A stretch of DNA of 64,000 nt from Patescibacteria group bacterium (GTDB taxonomy: Bacteria > Patescibacteriota > Patescibacteriia > PEXW01): positions 9,978 to 73,977 of the forward strand of contig JBAZBR010000002.1 of the NCBI GenBank assembly GCA_041671325.1, given 5' to 3'. This document shows, piece after piece, positions 1 through 9,844 of this stretch (positions are counted from its first letter, which is position 1; the number at the start of each line of letters is the position of its first letter). A program made the translations under genes and the position numbers. The notes under the pieces are model-generated. The model made no database searches, was not told where the DNA came from, and saw only the letters and a list, made by a program, of their open reading frames with translations.

Positions 1-2
1 AC

Positions 3-284
3 CTCCCTTGGGGCTATGACTCCAAGAGTGATCCAGCTAACCAGCACAGTTATAACCATCAATACCGCTTTGGCGCTTCATCCGGAAAATGCTACAAGTC
101 TGGCGAAGGTGAGTTTGCCAGCAACCCATTAGTCAAAGGCCATGAGTATTGCGTAGCCAAGCCAAAAATCCAAATCCAGGATAATTGGGAATGGTGCAAT
201 GGCGGCCGATGCATTGGCAGTTTCCCGTCAACTGATCCAGTTTTTTGGAAGGCTTTTGGAGGCAGCATCATCGTGATCCAGTAA
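3..284 (+). CDS. 3' end of a 5'-truncated gene, 93-aa Cys-containing C-terminal fragment (...CYKSGEGEF...CNGGRCIG...IVIQ*). Hypothetical, likely the first gene of the downstream operon.
   Basis: Open frame from the window edge to TAA at 282-284. The provided ORF track does not list it. Same strand as the gene at 301, 16 nt upstream of it. Confidence 0.3.
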   Translation, partial: LPWGYDSKSDPANQHSYNHQYRFGASSGKCYKSGEGEFASNPLVKGHEYCVAKPKIQIQDNWEWCNGGRCIGSFPSTDPVFWKAFGGSIIVIQ

Positions 285-300
285 AATAAATCAAAAATTA

Positions 301-3300
301 ATGTTAAACCGATTAAGATTAATGTTGAATTGGCTTAAAAAGAATCCTGCTAAAGGCAGTCTTTTGGTTTTGCCAATCATTGCCGTCTTGGTTTATATCC
401 TGGTTCCGCACTCAGCCAGAGCCGCCATTACTTTTGAAGGCGCGATCGTCGGGGTTTTAGGCTGGATTTTTTCCTTTTTTGTCTACATCCTAGGCAACAT
501 TTTGGTCAAGTTTATTGATTTGCTGGTCTGGGTGGCGCAATATAACGATTTTATCAATGCTGAAGCCGTGAGAGTGGGTTGGACTGTGGTCAGGGACTTG
601 GCCAACATGTTCTTCATCGTCGCTTTGCTGGTAATCTCTTTCGGCACGGTTTTCCGCATCCAGGAATACAGGTACAACCGCTTGCTCTCCAAAGTCATCA
701 TTATGGCGGTGCTGATTAATTTTTCCAAAATGATCGCCGCTTTTTTCATTGATGTTTCCCAAGTCATCATGCTGACTTTTGTCAACGCTTTCAAAGACAT
801 GGCGGCGGGCAATTTGACTTCAGGTTTCGGCATTGATAATATCGTTTCTTTTTCCCAAGACGTGTCTGCCCAAGGCGGGGACATTAGCGTTACTTCCGTG
901 GCTGGCGCCATGTTTGCCGCGGTCATCATGCTTTTTGTGGCCACGGTAGTGGTGGCGATTTTCACCCTATATTTAGTCCAAAGGATTGTCATGCTTTGGA
1001 TCTACATCATCCTTTCGCCCATGGCTTACATGCTTGCGGTTTTCCCAGGCAGTCTGGGTTCTTTTTGGAGCACTTGGTGGCGGGACTTCACCCAATATGT
1101 CATTCGCGGGCCAGTTATTGCTTTTTTCCTTTGGCTGGCATTGACGATCATTTCCTTATCCCAAGCCACCAGCACCGGCACTATTTTAGGCACCAATCCT
1201 AATGAATCACAGGTTGGCCAATTGGGCGGCGGAGTTGACGTGTCTGAACAGCAAAAAGACCTTTCGGCTACTGCCTCCAAGGCCACGACCAGTGCCAATA
1301 TTTTGAATTACCTTATGGCGGTTGGTTTATTGGTGGCCGGGTTAATGCAAACGGCTAAGGCCGGCGGCGCCGCCGGCAGCGTGGCTGGCAAATGGATGGG
1401 GAATTTCCAGAAATGGGGCGGAGCCATGGCCACTTCCCCAATCGGTATGGCCAAAGGCGTACTTAAACGGCCGGCTTATGGCGTAGCTGGCGCGGCTTTG
1501 GGCACTGCCGCCCGCTTGCCTTTGGTTGGCACGACTTTTGGCAAATTAAACGCCCGGATGCAGCGCCAGCGCCAAAGAGCTGAAGAAAAAGATACTGACT
1601 GGATTAATTATGCGGATGAAAGAACCGTGAAGAGATTAGCTTTAGCTCAAATCAATTTGACTGAAGGGGGTAGGAAAGAATCGAAGATTGCCCGGGAAAG
1701 GCTGTTGAAGAAAAATGAATTAAAGAATTATAAAACAGAAGATCAAGACCGGGTGCTTAATGATTATCGCCGGGATATTGGTTATAAAGAAAAAGAGCGA
1801 AGTCATGGCGATTTCCATGTAAGCTATAGGGACAGTTATGGTGGCCAAATTTTGGAAGATGCTTACAGGAAAAATCCATCATTAAGGGGCCGTGGTTATG
1901 CTGGCGCTTCACCAAGTAAGCAAGCGTATTTAGATGCAGAAATGAAGAAATTAGCCCAAAGAATGACGCTTGATGATTTTGCTAAAAGTGAACCAAAATC
2001 CTGGGAAGATAATGCCGCAAATGCCCCTTGGCTAGCTCAAGCCTTACCAATTTTAGATGCACGATTGGGCGCAACAGGAAGTGAATTTCTTCATCGATTT
2101 GACGCAAACGTTCCAGAAAGCGTTAAAGACACGATCAGAACAACTATGGGAGGAAGAGGATATACGACTGCTTTTCAAGAAGAAATTGATCAGGAAATGC
2201 AAAAACGCACTGCTGAACAGGTTGCGGAATATGAAGCCAGAGGTTTGGATTTCCATGAATCCGCTGAATACCGCGCCGCTCCCAAAGGCACTTATTATGA
2301 TAAAAATACCTACGGCTTGAACGAACGCCAGCGCCAGCGCGTGGAAGAAAGGATGAAATTGACCAAAGAACAAGGTGATGCTGATTTAACGGCGGGTATA
2401 TCTATGTTTGCTAAAGGTTCCAGTAATATGCTGGCAGTCGATCAGGATGTGCTTGATAAAGCTGGAATTAAATTAGCCGCTGGCGGCCATGTTAAAGATA
2501 AAAGGCAGCTTACCCAATTAGCCGGGGCTCTAAGTGAAAAATTAAATTCAGACATTACGGATATTGAAGGCCAGATATCGGGTATTGCTCTTGAAGAGGC
2601 TGATATGGAACAGCCAACGGGCATGGATGCTTCGGGCAGGCAAATGACTCAGGCTGACCAAAATCCGCAAAGAATGCAGGAGATTGCCGCCAGGCGTGAA
2701 GCCTTGGAAGCTAAACGGGAAAATTTTGTCCAAGCCAGGAACAGGTTGCAATCGGGAAAAGGCTTGGAAGACATGCAATTCATTAATAAGGATAGTTATG
2801 TCGGCAACCGCTGGAACCTGATTGCGGAAGAAGCGACCCACAAAAAAATGGACCAGATGGATCCAGACGGCAGCTTTAGAAAGGGTTTGATGGGAAACAT
2901 GTCTCCGGAAGAAATCCAGTCCATTACCCAAGCCATGCGCGCCAAGACTGGCGACGAGACCTTGTCTGATGAGCGGGCATTTGAAGAATATTTGACCAAA
3001 GGCTTGGTTAATGTCCGGGGTGAAAAATACGCCGACACCATGCCAGACGCGGTTAAGCTTAAGAGTGGTTTGGCTTTAGATATCAAGCGCCAAGCAGAAG
3101 CTAAAGGCGTGAAAATTTCTATGGCTGGTTTAGAACCCGAAGAGATTGAAGCGCCGGGCAAAGTTGGCGGGGTTTCTTCCCGCTTAGGCGCTTTGGGGCG
3201 CAAAGTTACCCAACCCTACCGTGAAGTTAGAGAAGCCAGCCAAAAATCACAAATTGCCAGAAGCGCGGAAGCAACCATGGCCAGTCAGGAAAAATTAGAC

Positions 3301-4620
3301 CAGTTAAACCAAGAATACACTCAGGCTGAACAGCATACCAAAGCTGAAGAAGACAACCTCAAGCGCCTGCAGACCATTTCTAAAGGCAAGGTGGATAAGC
3401 TGATGGGTGATTATAATTCCTTGAATCAGCAACGGCAAACAACGACAGATCCCAGGCAGGCTTCTGAGTATGCCCGGCAAATGAACGCCATCAACGGCCA
3501 AGTCCAGGCCGAGAAAAATAAAGTTTCGGAGCAGCAAAAACGAGTTGAAGCCAGCCGCCAGAATTTTGCGGAAAAGCAGAAACAATTAAGCTTGCAAAAT
3601 TCATTGACTAAGAAATTTGAAGCCGAACAGGCCGCCAAAGAAGCAGGCTATGCCGCGACCATTCCTGGCCAGAAAAATGAAGTCCAACAGGAAAGAATGG
3701 AAGCTGAAAAAGTTCTGCCCGGCATCAATCAAAAGTTTGAGCAGAAAAAGACGGTGGCAGAAAAAGCCTTTGCTGAGCTGGAAGAATTTCAAAAGGGAAA
3801 AGAGATGAATCCGGAAATTAGAAAAATGCTTAAAGATGCTGAAGCCAGCAGAAAGGGTAAACATAAGAAAACTTTGAAATATCAGCTTGGCAAGGCTGAA
3901 AATCTTGCCTCCGCGATTCCATTTGAGGAGCGATACACTGTTGCGGGGACAGGCAAAGCCGATCCTGAGTTGCAACAAAAAATTAGATCTGCCGCTCAAG
4001 CTCAAGCTGAATTTGAACAAGCTGAACAAGAAAAAGCCAGTCAAGACGCTAAAGTCAATGCTTTGAAGACAAGGGAAGCGCAATTGCAAGGGGCGCAAAA
4101 AGCCGCCAGGCCAGTTGCGCCAAAAGCTGTCCCGCCTCCAGTTGCGCAGCCAGCCGTTTCAAAACCAGCCCCTCGCCAAGCAACCGCAGCTAGAACCGTT
4201 ACTCAACCGGCTGCTAAAGCGCCAGAAAAGTCGGTTGCAGAAGCTGAGGCCCCGGCAACGCCAATATCGGTAGAGCAGGTAAATAGGAATAACACTATTA
4301 TTCACGAAGAAATAAAAGGTGCTATGCCCAAGGCGCCCAGCGATTTACGTGATATATTTAAGGTTAATCCAGCGTCATATGACAATCTTTTAAGGCAAAT
4401 TCCTTTTATGAGAGAGTTGAATAATCGTTTGAGGTTTGGTTTTGAAAAAATGTTCAAAGCTAGTAATGTTTCTGATATTACCCAAGAAGCAATTCGGAAA
4501 CAGCTTGCTAATTTACAAAAACACACTAATAACAATGATAGCGACAGTTATAGGGAAGAATTGAAAAAACTGCATGGATTAATTAGTTCCAATTCCGGCG
4601 GAGCAAGCGAAGAAGAGTAA
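301..4620 (+). CDS. TrbL/VirB6-like polytopic membrane protein (N-terminal ~300 aa with multiple TM helices) followed by a ~1100-aa charged, coiled-coil-rich (K/E/Q/A) C-terminal extension with Pro/Ala-rich tail
   Basis: Multi-TM N-terminus with VirB6-like hydrophobic pattern, then long low-complexity coiled-coil region. Lies in an operon with VirB3/VirB4-like genes. Confidence 0.5.
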   Translation: MLNRLRLMLNWLKKNPAKGSLLVLPIIAVLVYILVPHSARAAITFEGAIVGVLGWIFSFFVYILGNILVKFIDLLVWVAQYNDFINAEAVRVGWTVVRDLANMFFIVALLVISFGTVFRIQEYRYNRLLSKVIIMAVLINFSKMIAAFFIDVSQVIMLTFVNAFKDMAAGNLTSGFGIDNIVSFSQDVSAQGGDISVTSVAGAMFAAVIMLFVATVVVAIFTLYLVQRIVMLWIYIILSPMAYMLAVFPGSLGSFWSTWWRDFTQYVIRGPVIAFFLWLALTIISLSQATSTGTILGTNPNESQVGQLGGGVDVSEQQKDLSATASKATTSANILNYLMAVGLLVAGLMQTAKAGGAAGSVAGKWMGNFQKWGGAMATSPIGMAKGVLKRPAYGVAGAALGTAARLPLVGTTFGKLNARMQRQRQRAEEKDTDWINYADERTVKRLALAQINLTEGGRKESKIARERLLKKNELKNYKTEDQDRVLNDYRRDIGYKEKERSHGDFHVSYRDSYGGQILEDAYRKNPSLRGRGYAGASPSKQAYLDAEMKKLAQRMTLDDFAKSEPKSWEDNAANAPWLAQALPILDARLGATGSEFLHRFDANVPESVKDTIRTTMGGRGYTTAFQEEIDQEMQKRTAEQVAEYEARGLDFHESAEYRAAPKGTYYDKNTYGLNERQRQRVEERMKLTKEQGDADLTAGISMFAKGSSNMLAVDQDVLDKAGIKLAAGGHVKDKRQLTQLAGALSEKLNSDITDIEGQISGIALEEADMEQPTGMDASGRQMTQADQNPQRMQEIAARREALEAKRENFVQARNRLQSGKGLEDMQFINKDSYVGNRWNLIAEEATHKKMDQMDPDGSFRKGLMGNMSPEEIQSITQAMRAKTGDETLSDERAFEEYLTKGLVNVRGEKYADTMPDAVKLKSGLALDIKRQAEAKGVKISMAGLEPEEIEAPGKVGGVSSRLGALGRKVTQPYREVREASQKSQIARSAEATMASQEKLDQLNQEYTQAEQHTKAEEDNLKRLQTISKGKVDKLMGDYNSLNQQRQTTTDPRQASEYARQMNAINGQVQAEKNKVSEQQKRVEASRQNFAEKQKQLSLQNSLTKKFEAEQAAKEAGYAATIPGQKNEVQQERMEAEKVLPGINQKFEQKKTVAEKAFAELEEFQKGKEMNPEIRKMLKDAEASRKGKHKKTLKYQLGKAENLASAIPFEERYTVAGTGKADPELQQKIRSAAQAQAEFEQAEQEKASQDAKVNALKTREAQLQGAQKAARPVAPKAVPPPVAQPAVSKPAPRQATAARTVTQPAAKAPEKSVAEAEAPATPISVEQVNRNNTIIHEEIKGAMPKAPSDLRDIFKVNPASYDNLLRQIPFMRELNNRLRFGFEKMFKASNVSDITQEAIRKQLANLQKHTNNNDSDSYREELKKLHGLISSNSGGASEEE

Positions 4621-4628
4621 TATTTTAG

Positions 4629-4781
4629 CCCCTCTCCTATATAGGAGAGGGTGGCCACTGGCCGGGTAAGGTGGGGAAAAACGTAATCCAATTATTCTGA
4701 GCGCCCTCACCCCCGCTTCCTGCCCACCGTACTTCGTCTGCGAAGGCAGGCGGGCGCGTACCCTCTCCCAGAGGGAGAGGG
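4629..4781. repeat. solo GC-rich palindromic repeat cluster (MITE-like) with the same end motifs as the DUF559 elements
   Basis: Contains cccctctcctatataggagagggtgg, ggtaaggtgggg, ccctcaccc and ccctctcccagagggagaggg. Confidence 0.6.
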
Positions 4782-4835
4782 ATTAAAAAATAAGATTTTT
4801 CGACTTCGCTCGTAAAGACAAATTAAAAAAATAAA

Positions 4836-6188
4836 ATGCCAGATTCCTTATTATTAAAATTTCAAAAGTTACCCGATTTGACCAAATCTCGCGCTTCCGA
4901 CCCGGAAGCCATGCGGGTGCTTGACCAATTGGAAAAAGATTTCAGCTTAAACTTGGCTGAATTAGTCATGCGGGTTTTAGTTAAGGAAGTTGCACCGGAA
5001 AAAATTGACGAAGCTTTGAATTTGCAATATTCAGTCGACAGAACCAAAGCCAAGGAGGTTGCTCAAGCCATGCTGGATCGTCTATTTTTCCATTTTCATC
5101 TCTTGGAATTGCCAGATGTTTCCCAAGACAAATCTAAAGAAGGCGAACCTTTAAAACCCCAAAGCGGGGCAAATCCCTATTTGGTTCATCCAGATGATGA
5201 AAAAGATATTTTAACCCATCAAAAATTTCTGCAAAATCCCCCTGCCCAGACAGTCGATACTGATTTTGAAAAGGTGGTCAACCGGATTGTCCAAATGGAA
5301 AGGCTGCAATTGGATGAGATTACCAAGCGGCGCTTTGAAAAAGTTATTGAATCAAGGCTGGTAGACGTTAGGGATAAATTAGAAACCAGGGATATTCTGG
5401 TCCGATCGGAAAAAATTGGCGGCATGGGTTTTGATGATGCCAGGGCTGAAAGGATTGTTGCTGAATTGGAAAGGGTGGTTGAAGAAATTCACCGTCGGCC
5501 TAAGCCTGTGATTGAAAAACCAAAACCAGCCATTCAACCAAAACCAATTCCTCCTCCACCCCCACCCCCGCCTAAAGTTCAGGTTGATCTGAAACCAAAG
5601 GCCGAAAACGAAATTCCTAAACCAGTTCCGAAACCAGTCATGCCAAAACCACCCGAAATCCAATCAACACCAGTTTCAATTTCTACCATTGAAAAACCAA
5701 AAAAGATTGTGGCGCCGCCACCCTGGTTCAGGCCATCAAATATCCCCGCAGTTGCTCAGCCCAGCCAGCCAGTGCAGTCAGCGGTTACGTTCAAGCCAAA
5801 ACCAATTGCCCCGCCCCAACCCAGCTACCAAGAAATGGTTACCGATGTTCGGGCACCGGTTAAGGTAATGGGCCCGATTGAAGTTTTAGCCAGCCTGACT
5901 TTGGAAGATTTTCGGAGGTTAGGCGTTGACCCAGAAGCCAGAACTAAAAAAATTATTGATGAAATTGAAGCCTTAGGTAAAGATTCTTTTGGCCAAAAAG
6001 CGGCCGGTATCCAAGCTTGGCGAAAATCCCCGACTTTCCAAAATTACCTTCAGATCGGGCAAATGGCCATGGAAAAGAAAGAGGATTTAACTGACATTAT
6101 CCAGTTGTTAAAAGCCCAGGGCAAGCCCTCTTTAGGTACGGATGAATTTGAGGCTATTGGCGCCCTCATGAGGCAATTTAGATTTTAA
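4836..6188 (+). CDS. hypothetical proline-rich protein (PKP/PPPPPPPP tract) with no TM segment
   Basis: 450-aa ORF with ATG start, in operon context. Confidence 0.5.
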   Translation: MPDSLLLKFQKLPDLTKSRASDPEAMRVLDQLEKDFSLNLAELVMRVLVKEVAPEKIDEALNLQYSVDRTKAKEVAQAMLDRLFFHFHLLELPDVSQDKSKEGEPLKPQSGANPYLVHPDDEKDILTHQKFLQNPPAQTVDTDFEKVVNRIVQMERLQLDEITKRRFEKVIESRLVDVRDKLETRDILVRSEKIGGMGFDDARAERIVAELERVVEEIHRRPKPVIEKPKPAIQPKPIPPPPPPPPKVQVDLKPKAENEIPKPVPKPVMPKPPEIQSTPVSISTIEKPKKIVAPPPWFRPSNIPAVAQPSQPVQSAVTFKPKPIAPPQPSYQEMVTDVRAPVKVMGPIEVLASLTLEDFRRLGVDPEARTKKIIDEIEALGKDSFGQKAAGIQAWRKSPTFQNYLQIGQMAMEKKEDLTDIIQLLKAQGKPSLGTDEFEAIGALMRQFRF

Positions 6189-6191
6189 TTT

Positions 6192-6671
6192 ATGATGCAA
6201 TTTGTAGTTCCCCAATTCATTGATGTCGAAGACAAGATTTTAGGGCCTTTAACCGTCCGCCAATTCTTGTTGCTCTTAGCCTGGGGTATTGTAGGTTTTT
6301 TATCCTTCAAGATCATGAGCTTCTTTACCTTCATATTTTTTGCAATTTTTTGGTCGGGTTTTATTTTTCTGCTGGCTTTTATCAAAATCAACGGCCGGCC
6401 TTTCCATTATTTCATCCTTTCAATTTTGCAGACCGAACGCATGCCAAAGTTGCGCATCTGGCATAAGGAAGATACTGAATATGAATTCCGTTTTGCGGCC
6501 GCCAAGGCCTTAAAACCAAAAACCCCGATAGCCCAAAAGCAGCCCCTCACCGCTTCCCGACTGACCGAACTTTCCTTAGTCGTAGATACTGGCGGCGTTT
6601 ATGATGAAACCGGCGATGTGGTGGCTGAAACTTTAAAAAATTCCAATGGCAAATACAGACCGACAAATTAA
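6192..6671 (+). CDS. PrgI/VirB3-like small T4SS membrane protein
   Basis: N-terminus MMQFVVPQFIDVEDKILGPLTVRQFLLLLAWGIVGFLSF matches the PrgI-family pattern (acidic motif, then GPLT..RQF and two TM helices). Directly upstream of and overlapping VirB4. Confidence 0.5.
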   Translation: MMQFVVPQFIDVEDKILGPLTVRQFLLLLAWGIVGFLSFKIMSFFTFIFFAIFWSGFIFLLAFIKINGRPFHYFILSILQTERMPKLRIWHKEDTEYEFRFAAAKALKPKTPIAQKQPLTASRLTELSLVVDTGGVYDETGDVVAETLKNSNGKYRPTN

Positions 6672-7326
6672 ACTCAAAGCCCCATCAACCCAAAAGTTCT
6701 TGGATGTCTGGGAAATCAAGGATGATGTAGTCATCTTGAAAAACGGCACTATCCGGAGCGTGCTTTTGGTTTCTTCCATGAATTTTGCTCTAAAAAGCGA
6801 CGAGGAGCAGGCGGCTGTCATTCAGGCTTACACTCAATACTTGAATATTATCGATTTTCCTTTGCAGATAGTCATCCAATCCAGGAAGTTGAACATTGAC
6901 CCTTATTTGGACAACCTTAAAGTCATTGAGAAAGCCCAAACCAACGAGCTTTTAAAAATGCAAACCCAAGAATACATCACTTACGTCAAAGAGCTGGTTG
7001 AGTTGGCCGATATTATGTCCAAAAGGTTTTACGTGGTCGTGCCTTTTGAACAAATTACCAAGAAGCGCCAAGGCTTTTTCAAGCGCTTGACGACCGTCAT
7101 TTCGCCCACTAACGTCATCCATATCAAGCAAAAAAGGTTTTTGGAAATGCGGGATGACTTGATGAAGCGGGTTGATTTTGTGGTGGATGGGCTTTCCGGA
7201 CTGGGCTTAAAAGCAGTACCCCTGGATACCCAAGGCTTGATTGAACTTTTTTATACGACCTATAACCCGCAAACTTCTGATCAGCAGAAGTTGGGGAATT
7301 TTGAACAATTGAGCGTTGAAAAATAA
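6646..7326 (+). CDS. VirB4/TraC/TrbE-family ATPase, N-terminal (CagE_TrbE_VirB-like) portion, separate ORF
   Basis: N-terminal region typical of Gram-positive-type VirB4. Ends with TAA overlapping the ATG of the next ORF (TAATG). Confidence 0.55.
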   Translation: MANTDRQIKLKAPSTQKFLDVWEIKDDVVILKNGTIRSVLLVSSMNFALKSDEEQAAVIQAYTQYLNIIDFPLQIVIQSRKLNIDPYLDNLKVIEKAQTNELLKMQTQEYITYVKELVELADIMSKRFYVVVPFEQITKKRQGFFKRLTTVISPTNVIHIKQKRFLEMRDDLMKRVDFVVDGLSGLGLKAVPLDTQGLIELFYTTYNPQTSDQQKLGNFEQLSVEK

Positions 7327-9224
7327 TGGCCATTAATTTATCCAAAAAACCCAAGGCAATGCAAGCGGAAACCCTTCCGCCTGTTCAAATTATGACTGAG
7401 GAAGAGGTGCAGCAGCAGTCAGGAATTGAATTGCAACGGAAGCGGGAAATGCTTGAGGCCGAAAGAATTTACCGCCGGGGCGTGGTTTCGGTTAGGGATT
7501 TTATTGCCCCGGCCTCGTTCAAAGTTTCAGCCAAAGAGGTGGAAATCGGCGGCAAGCTAGCCCGAACCATGTTCATCGTCACCTACCCTCGGTATATTGC
7601 CGTGGGTTGGTTTGCCCCAATTATTAATTTGAACGTGCCTTTGGATGTTTCCATGTTTTTCTACCCCGTCGGTTCAGAAGTGGTGCTCAAGCAATTACGC
7701 AATAAGGTAGGCCAATTGGAAGCCCAAATTTTATCAGATGCGGAAAAAGGCGCGCCCCGCGATCCAATTCGGGAAACGGCCTTGCGGGACATTGAACAGC
7801 TCCGCGATAATTTGACCCAAGGTACGGAAAAATTTTTCCAAGTTGCGCTTTATGTAACTCTTTATGGCGATAATAAAGAGGATTTGGACAAGCTCAGCGA
7901 TAAGGTCGAGTCTATGTTTGGCTCTAAATTGGTTTTTAGCAAGCGCGTCCTATACCAGGCTGAGCAAGGTTTTAATTCAACCTTACCCATTGGCAAAGAT
8001 GAATTGCAGGTATATTTCAACATGAATTCTTCGCCAGCGGCCAGCAGTTTCCCTTTTATTTCTTCAGATGTTTCTTCAGACAATGGCATACTTTATGGCA
8101 TTAACCGCCATAATAATTCTTTGATCCTATTTGACCGCTTTAGCCTGCAAAACGCGAATTTTGTGGTTTTTGCCACTTCTGGTGCGGGCAAAAGCTATGC
8201 CGTCAAGTTGGAAATACTCCGTTCGCTCATGGTTGGCACGGATGTTATCGTCATTGACCCTGAAAGGGAATATAAATATTTATCCGATGCGGTTGGCGGC
8301 ACTTATATCAACATCTCCTTGAATTCTGAATCAAAAATCAATCCCTTTGATTTGCCTCGGGCGGTTGGCGGCGCGGAAAAACCAGCAGACATCATCCGGG
8401 CCGCGGTCATTACTTTAAAAGGCATGTTGCGGCTTATGCTAGGCACCGTAACTCCAGAGGAAGATTCAATCATCGATCGGGCCTTGATTGAAACCTATGC
8501 CAAAAAAGACATAACTGCCGAATCCGATCTGACTACGGTTGAACCGCCATTGATGGCGGATTTCCAAGAGGTTTTATCCGGCATGGTTGGCGCTGAAGGC
8601 ATAACTGAAAGGATTAAAAAATACACCGAAGGCACCTTTTCCGGCCTCTTTAACAGTCCCACCAATATTGAACTCAGGAACCAGTTAGTCACCTTTTCCG
8701 TAAGGGATTTGGAAGATGAATTAAGGCCGATTGGCATTTCCATCATCGTCTCTTATATTTGGAATGTAGTCAGGTCGCAGCTGAAAAAGAGGATTTTGGT
8801 TATTGATGAAGCCTGGTGGCTGATGCAGAACGAAGATTCGGCCAAATTCATTTATGCTTTGGTTAAACGCTGCCGGAAATATTATTTGGGTGTCACGACC
8901 ATAACCCAAGACGTGAATGATTTCTTGCGTTCGCCCTATGGCCAGGCCATTGTCACTAATTCGGCTTTGCAGCTGCTCATGAAACAGTCGCCCGCGGGCA
9001 TTGATATGATCGCCAAGACTTTCATGCTGACCCAAGGTGAAAAATATTTATTGCTGGAAGCCGCGGTTGGCGAAGGTATATTTTTTGCCGGGCCCAAGCA
9101 TGCGGCCATAAAAGTCGTGGCTTCGTACACAGAAGACCAAATAATCACCTCTGACCCCAGGCAGCTTTTGGAAATCGAGGCGGCCAAAAAGGAATTTAAT
9201 GAAAGCAATCCCCAATCCAGTTAA
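7326..9224 (+). CDS. virB4: VirB4/TraC/TrbE-family T4SS ATPase, C-terminal ATPase portion
   Basis: Walker A FATSGAGKSY. VIDPEREY and VIDEAWW (Walker B-like) motifs. Architecture typical of VirB4. Confidence 0.8.
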   Translation: MAINLSKKPKAMQAETLPPVQIMTEEEVQQQSGIELQRKREMLEAERIYRRGVVSVRDFIAPASFKVSAKEVEIGGKLARTMFIVTYPRYIAVGWFAPIINLNVPLDVSMFFYPVGSEVVLKQLRNKVGQLEAQILSDAEKGAPRDPIRETALRDIEQLRDNLTQGTEKFFQVALYVTLYGDNKEDLDKLSDKVESMFGSKLVFSKRVLYQAEQGFNSTLPIGKDELQVYFNMNSSPAASSFPFISSDVSSDNGILYGINRHNNSLILFDRFSLQNANFVVFATSGAGKSYAVKLEILRSLMVGTDVIVIDPEREYKYLSDAVGGTYINISLNSESKINPFDLPRAVGGAEKPADIIRAAVITLKGMLRLMLGTVTPEEDSIIDRALIETYAKKDITAESDLTTVEPPLMADFQEVLSGMVGAEGITERIKKYTEGTFSGLFNSPTNIELRNQLVTFSVRDLEDELRPIGISIIVSYIWNVVRSQLKKRILVIDEAWWLMQNEDSAKFIYALVKRCRKYYLGVTTITQDVNDFLRSPYGQAIVTNSALQLLMKQSPAGIDMIAKTFMLTQGEKYLLLEAAVGEGIFFAGPKHAAIKVVASYTEDQIITSDPRQLLEIEAAKKEFNESNPQSS

Positions 9225-9239
9225 ATCTTAAAAAATAAT

Positions 9240-9836
9240 ATGTCAAAAAAGCTATTAATCATTCTTGCTGGAGCCGTAATTATTACCCTTGCCCTTTTAG
9301 TTTTATTATTCGTTTGGCAAAAGAAGGCGCCTAGCAACACTAATGCCAAAAATACCAATGCCAAAATCCCCAATATCAACACGGTGATTGTCAACCAAAA
9401 CTCAAACCAGAACGCAAACACCCAGCCAGTTGATTCAAATATCAATGACAAGCTTACAGTCCAGCAAGTTGCCCGGAGTTTCGCCGGTATATACGGAAGT
9501 TTTTCCACCCAAAATGATTTTCAGAATATCACTGATTTGTATTTTTACATGACCCCGCAACTGAAAGCCCAGCAAGAGGGCTATGTCGCCACCGAAAGGC
9601 AAAACCGCAAAGATAATTCTCTGTATCGGGGCATCACTTCGGAAGTCCGGATTGTAAATTTGGAAAGTTTTGACGCCCAAAACAAGACCGCGACCGTTAA
9701 AATCTCCTTGCAAAGAGTCGAATCAAGCGGCAGCACCAGCGAGAGTACCAATTATTACCAGGACATCACTTTAAGTTTTGAAAAACAGGATGGCGTCTGG
9801 AAAGTCGGCAAAATTGTTTGGGGGCCTAAGCAATAA
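9240..9836 (+). CDS. bitopic membrane protein with N-terminal TM, Asn-rich linker and C-terminal NTF2-like domain. Possible VirB8-like T4SS component.
   Basis: TM helix at aa 6-26. C-terminal ~120 aa resembles an NTF2-like fold. Position immediately after VirB4. Confidence 0.35.
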   Translation: MSKKLLIILAGAVIITLALLVLLFVWQKKAPSNTNAKNTNAKIPNINTVIVNQNSNQNANTQPVDSNINDKLTVQQVARSFAGIYGSFSTQNDFQNITDLYFYMTPQLKAQQEGYVATERQNRKDNSLYRGITSEVRIVNLESFDAQNKTATVKISLQRVESSGSTSESTNYYQDITLSFEKQDGVWKVGKIVWGPKQ

Positions 9837-9844
9837 TAGCTATT

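Noticed and set aside
483-4535. Numerous 60-170-aa ORFs on the opposite strand or in other frames inside the VirB6-like gene (e.g. 483-992, 2053-2373, 3601-4098)
   Set aside because: - All are fully nested within a long ORF that has coherent membrane and coiled-coil character.
- None has an RBS or start context.
- Their composition is mirror-image low complexity.
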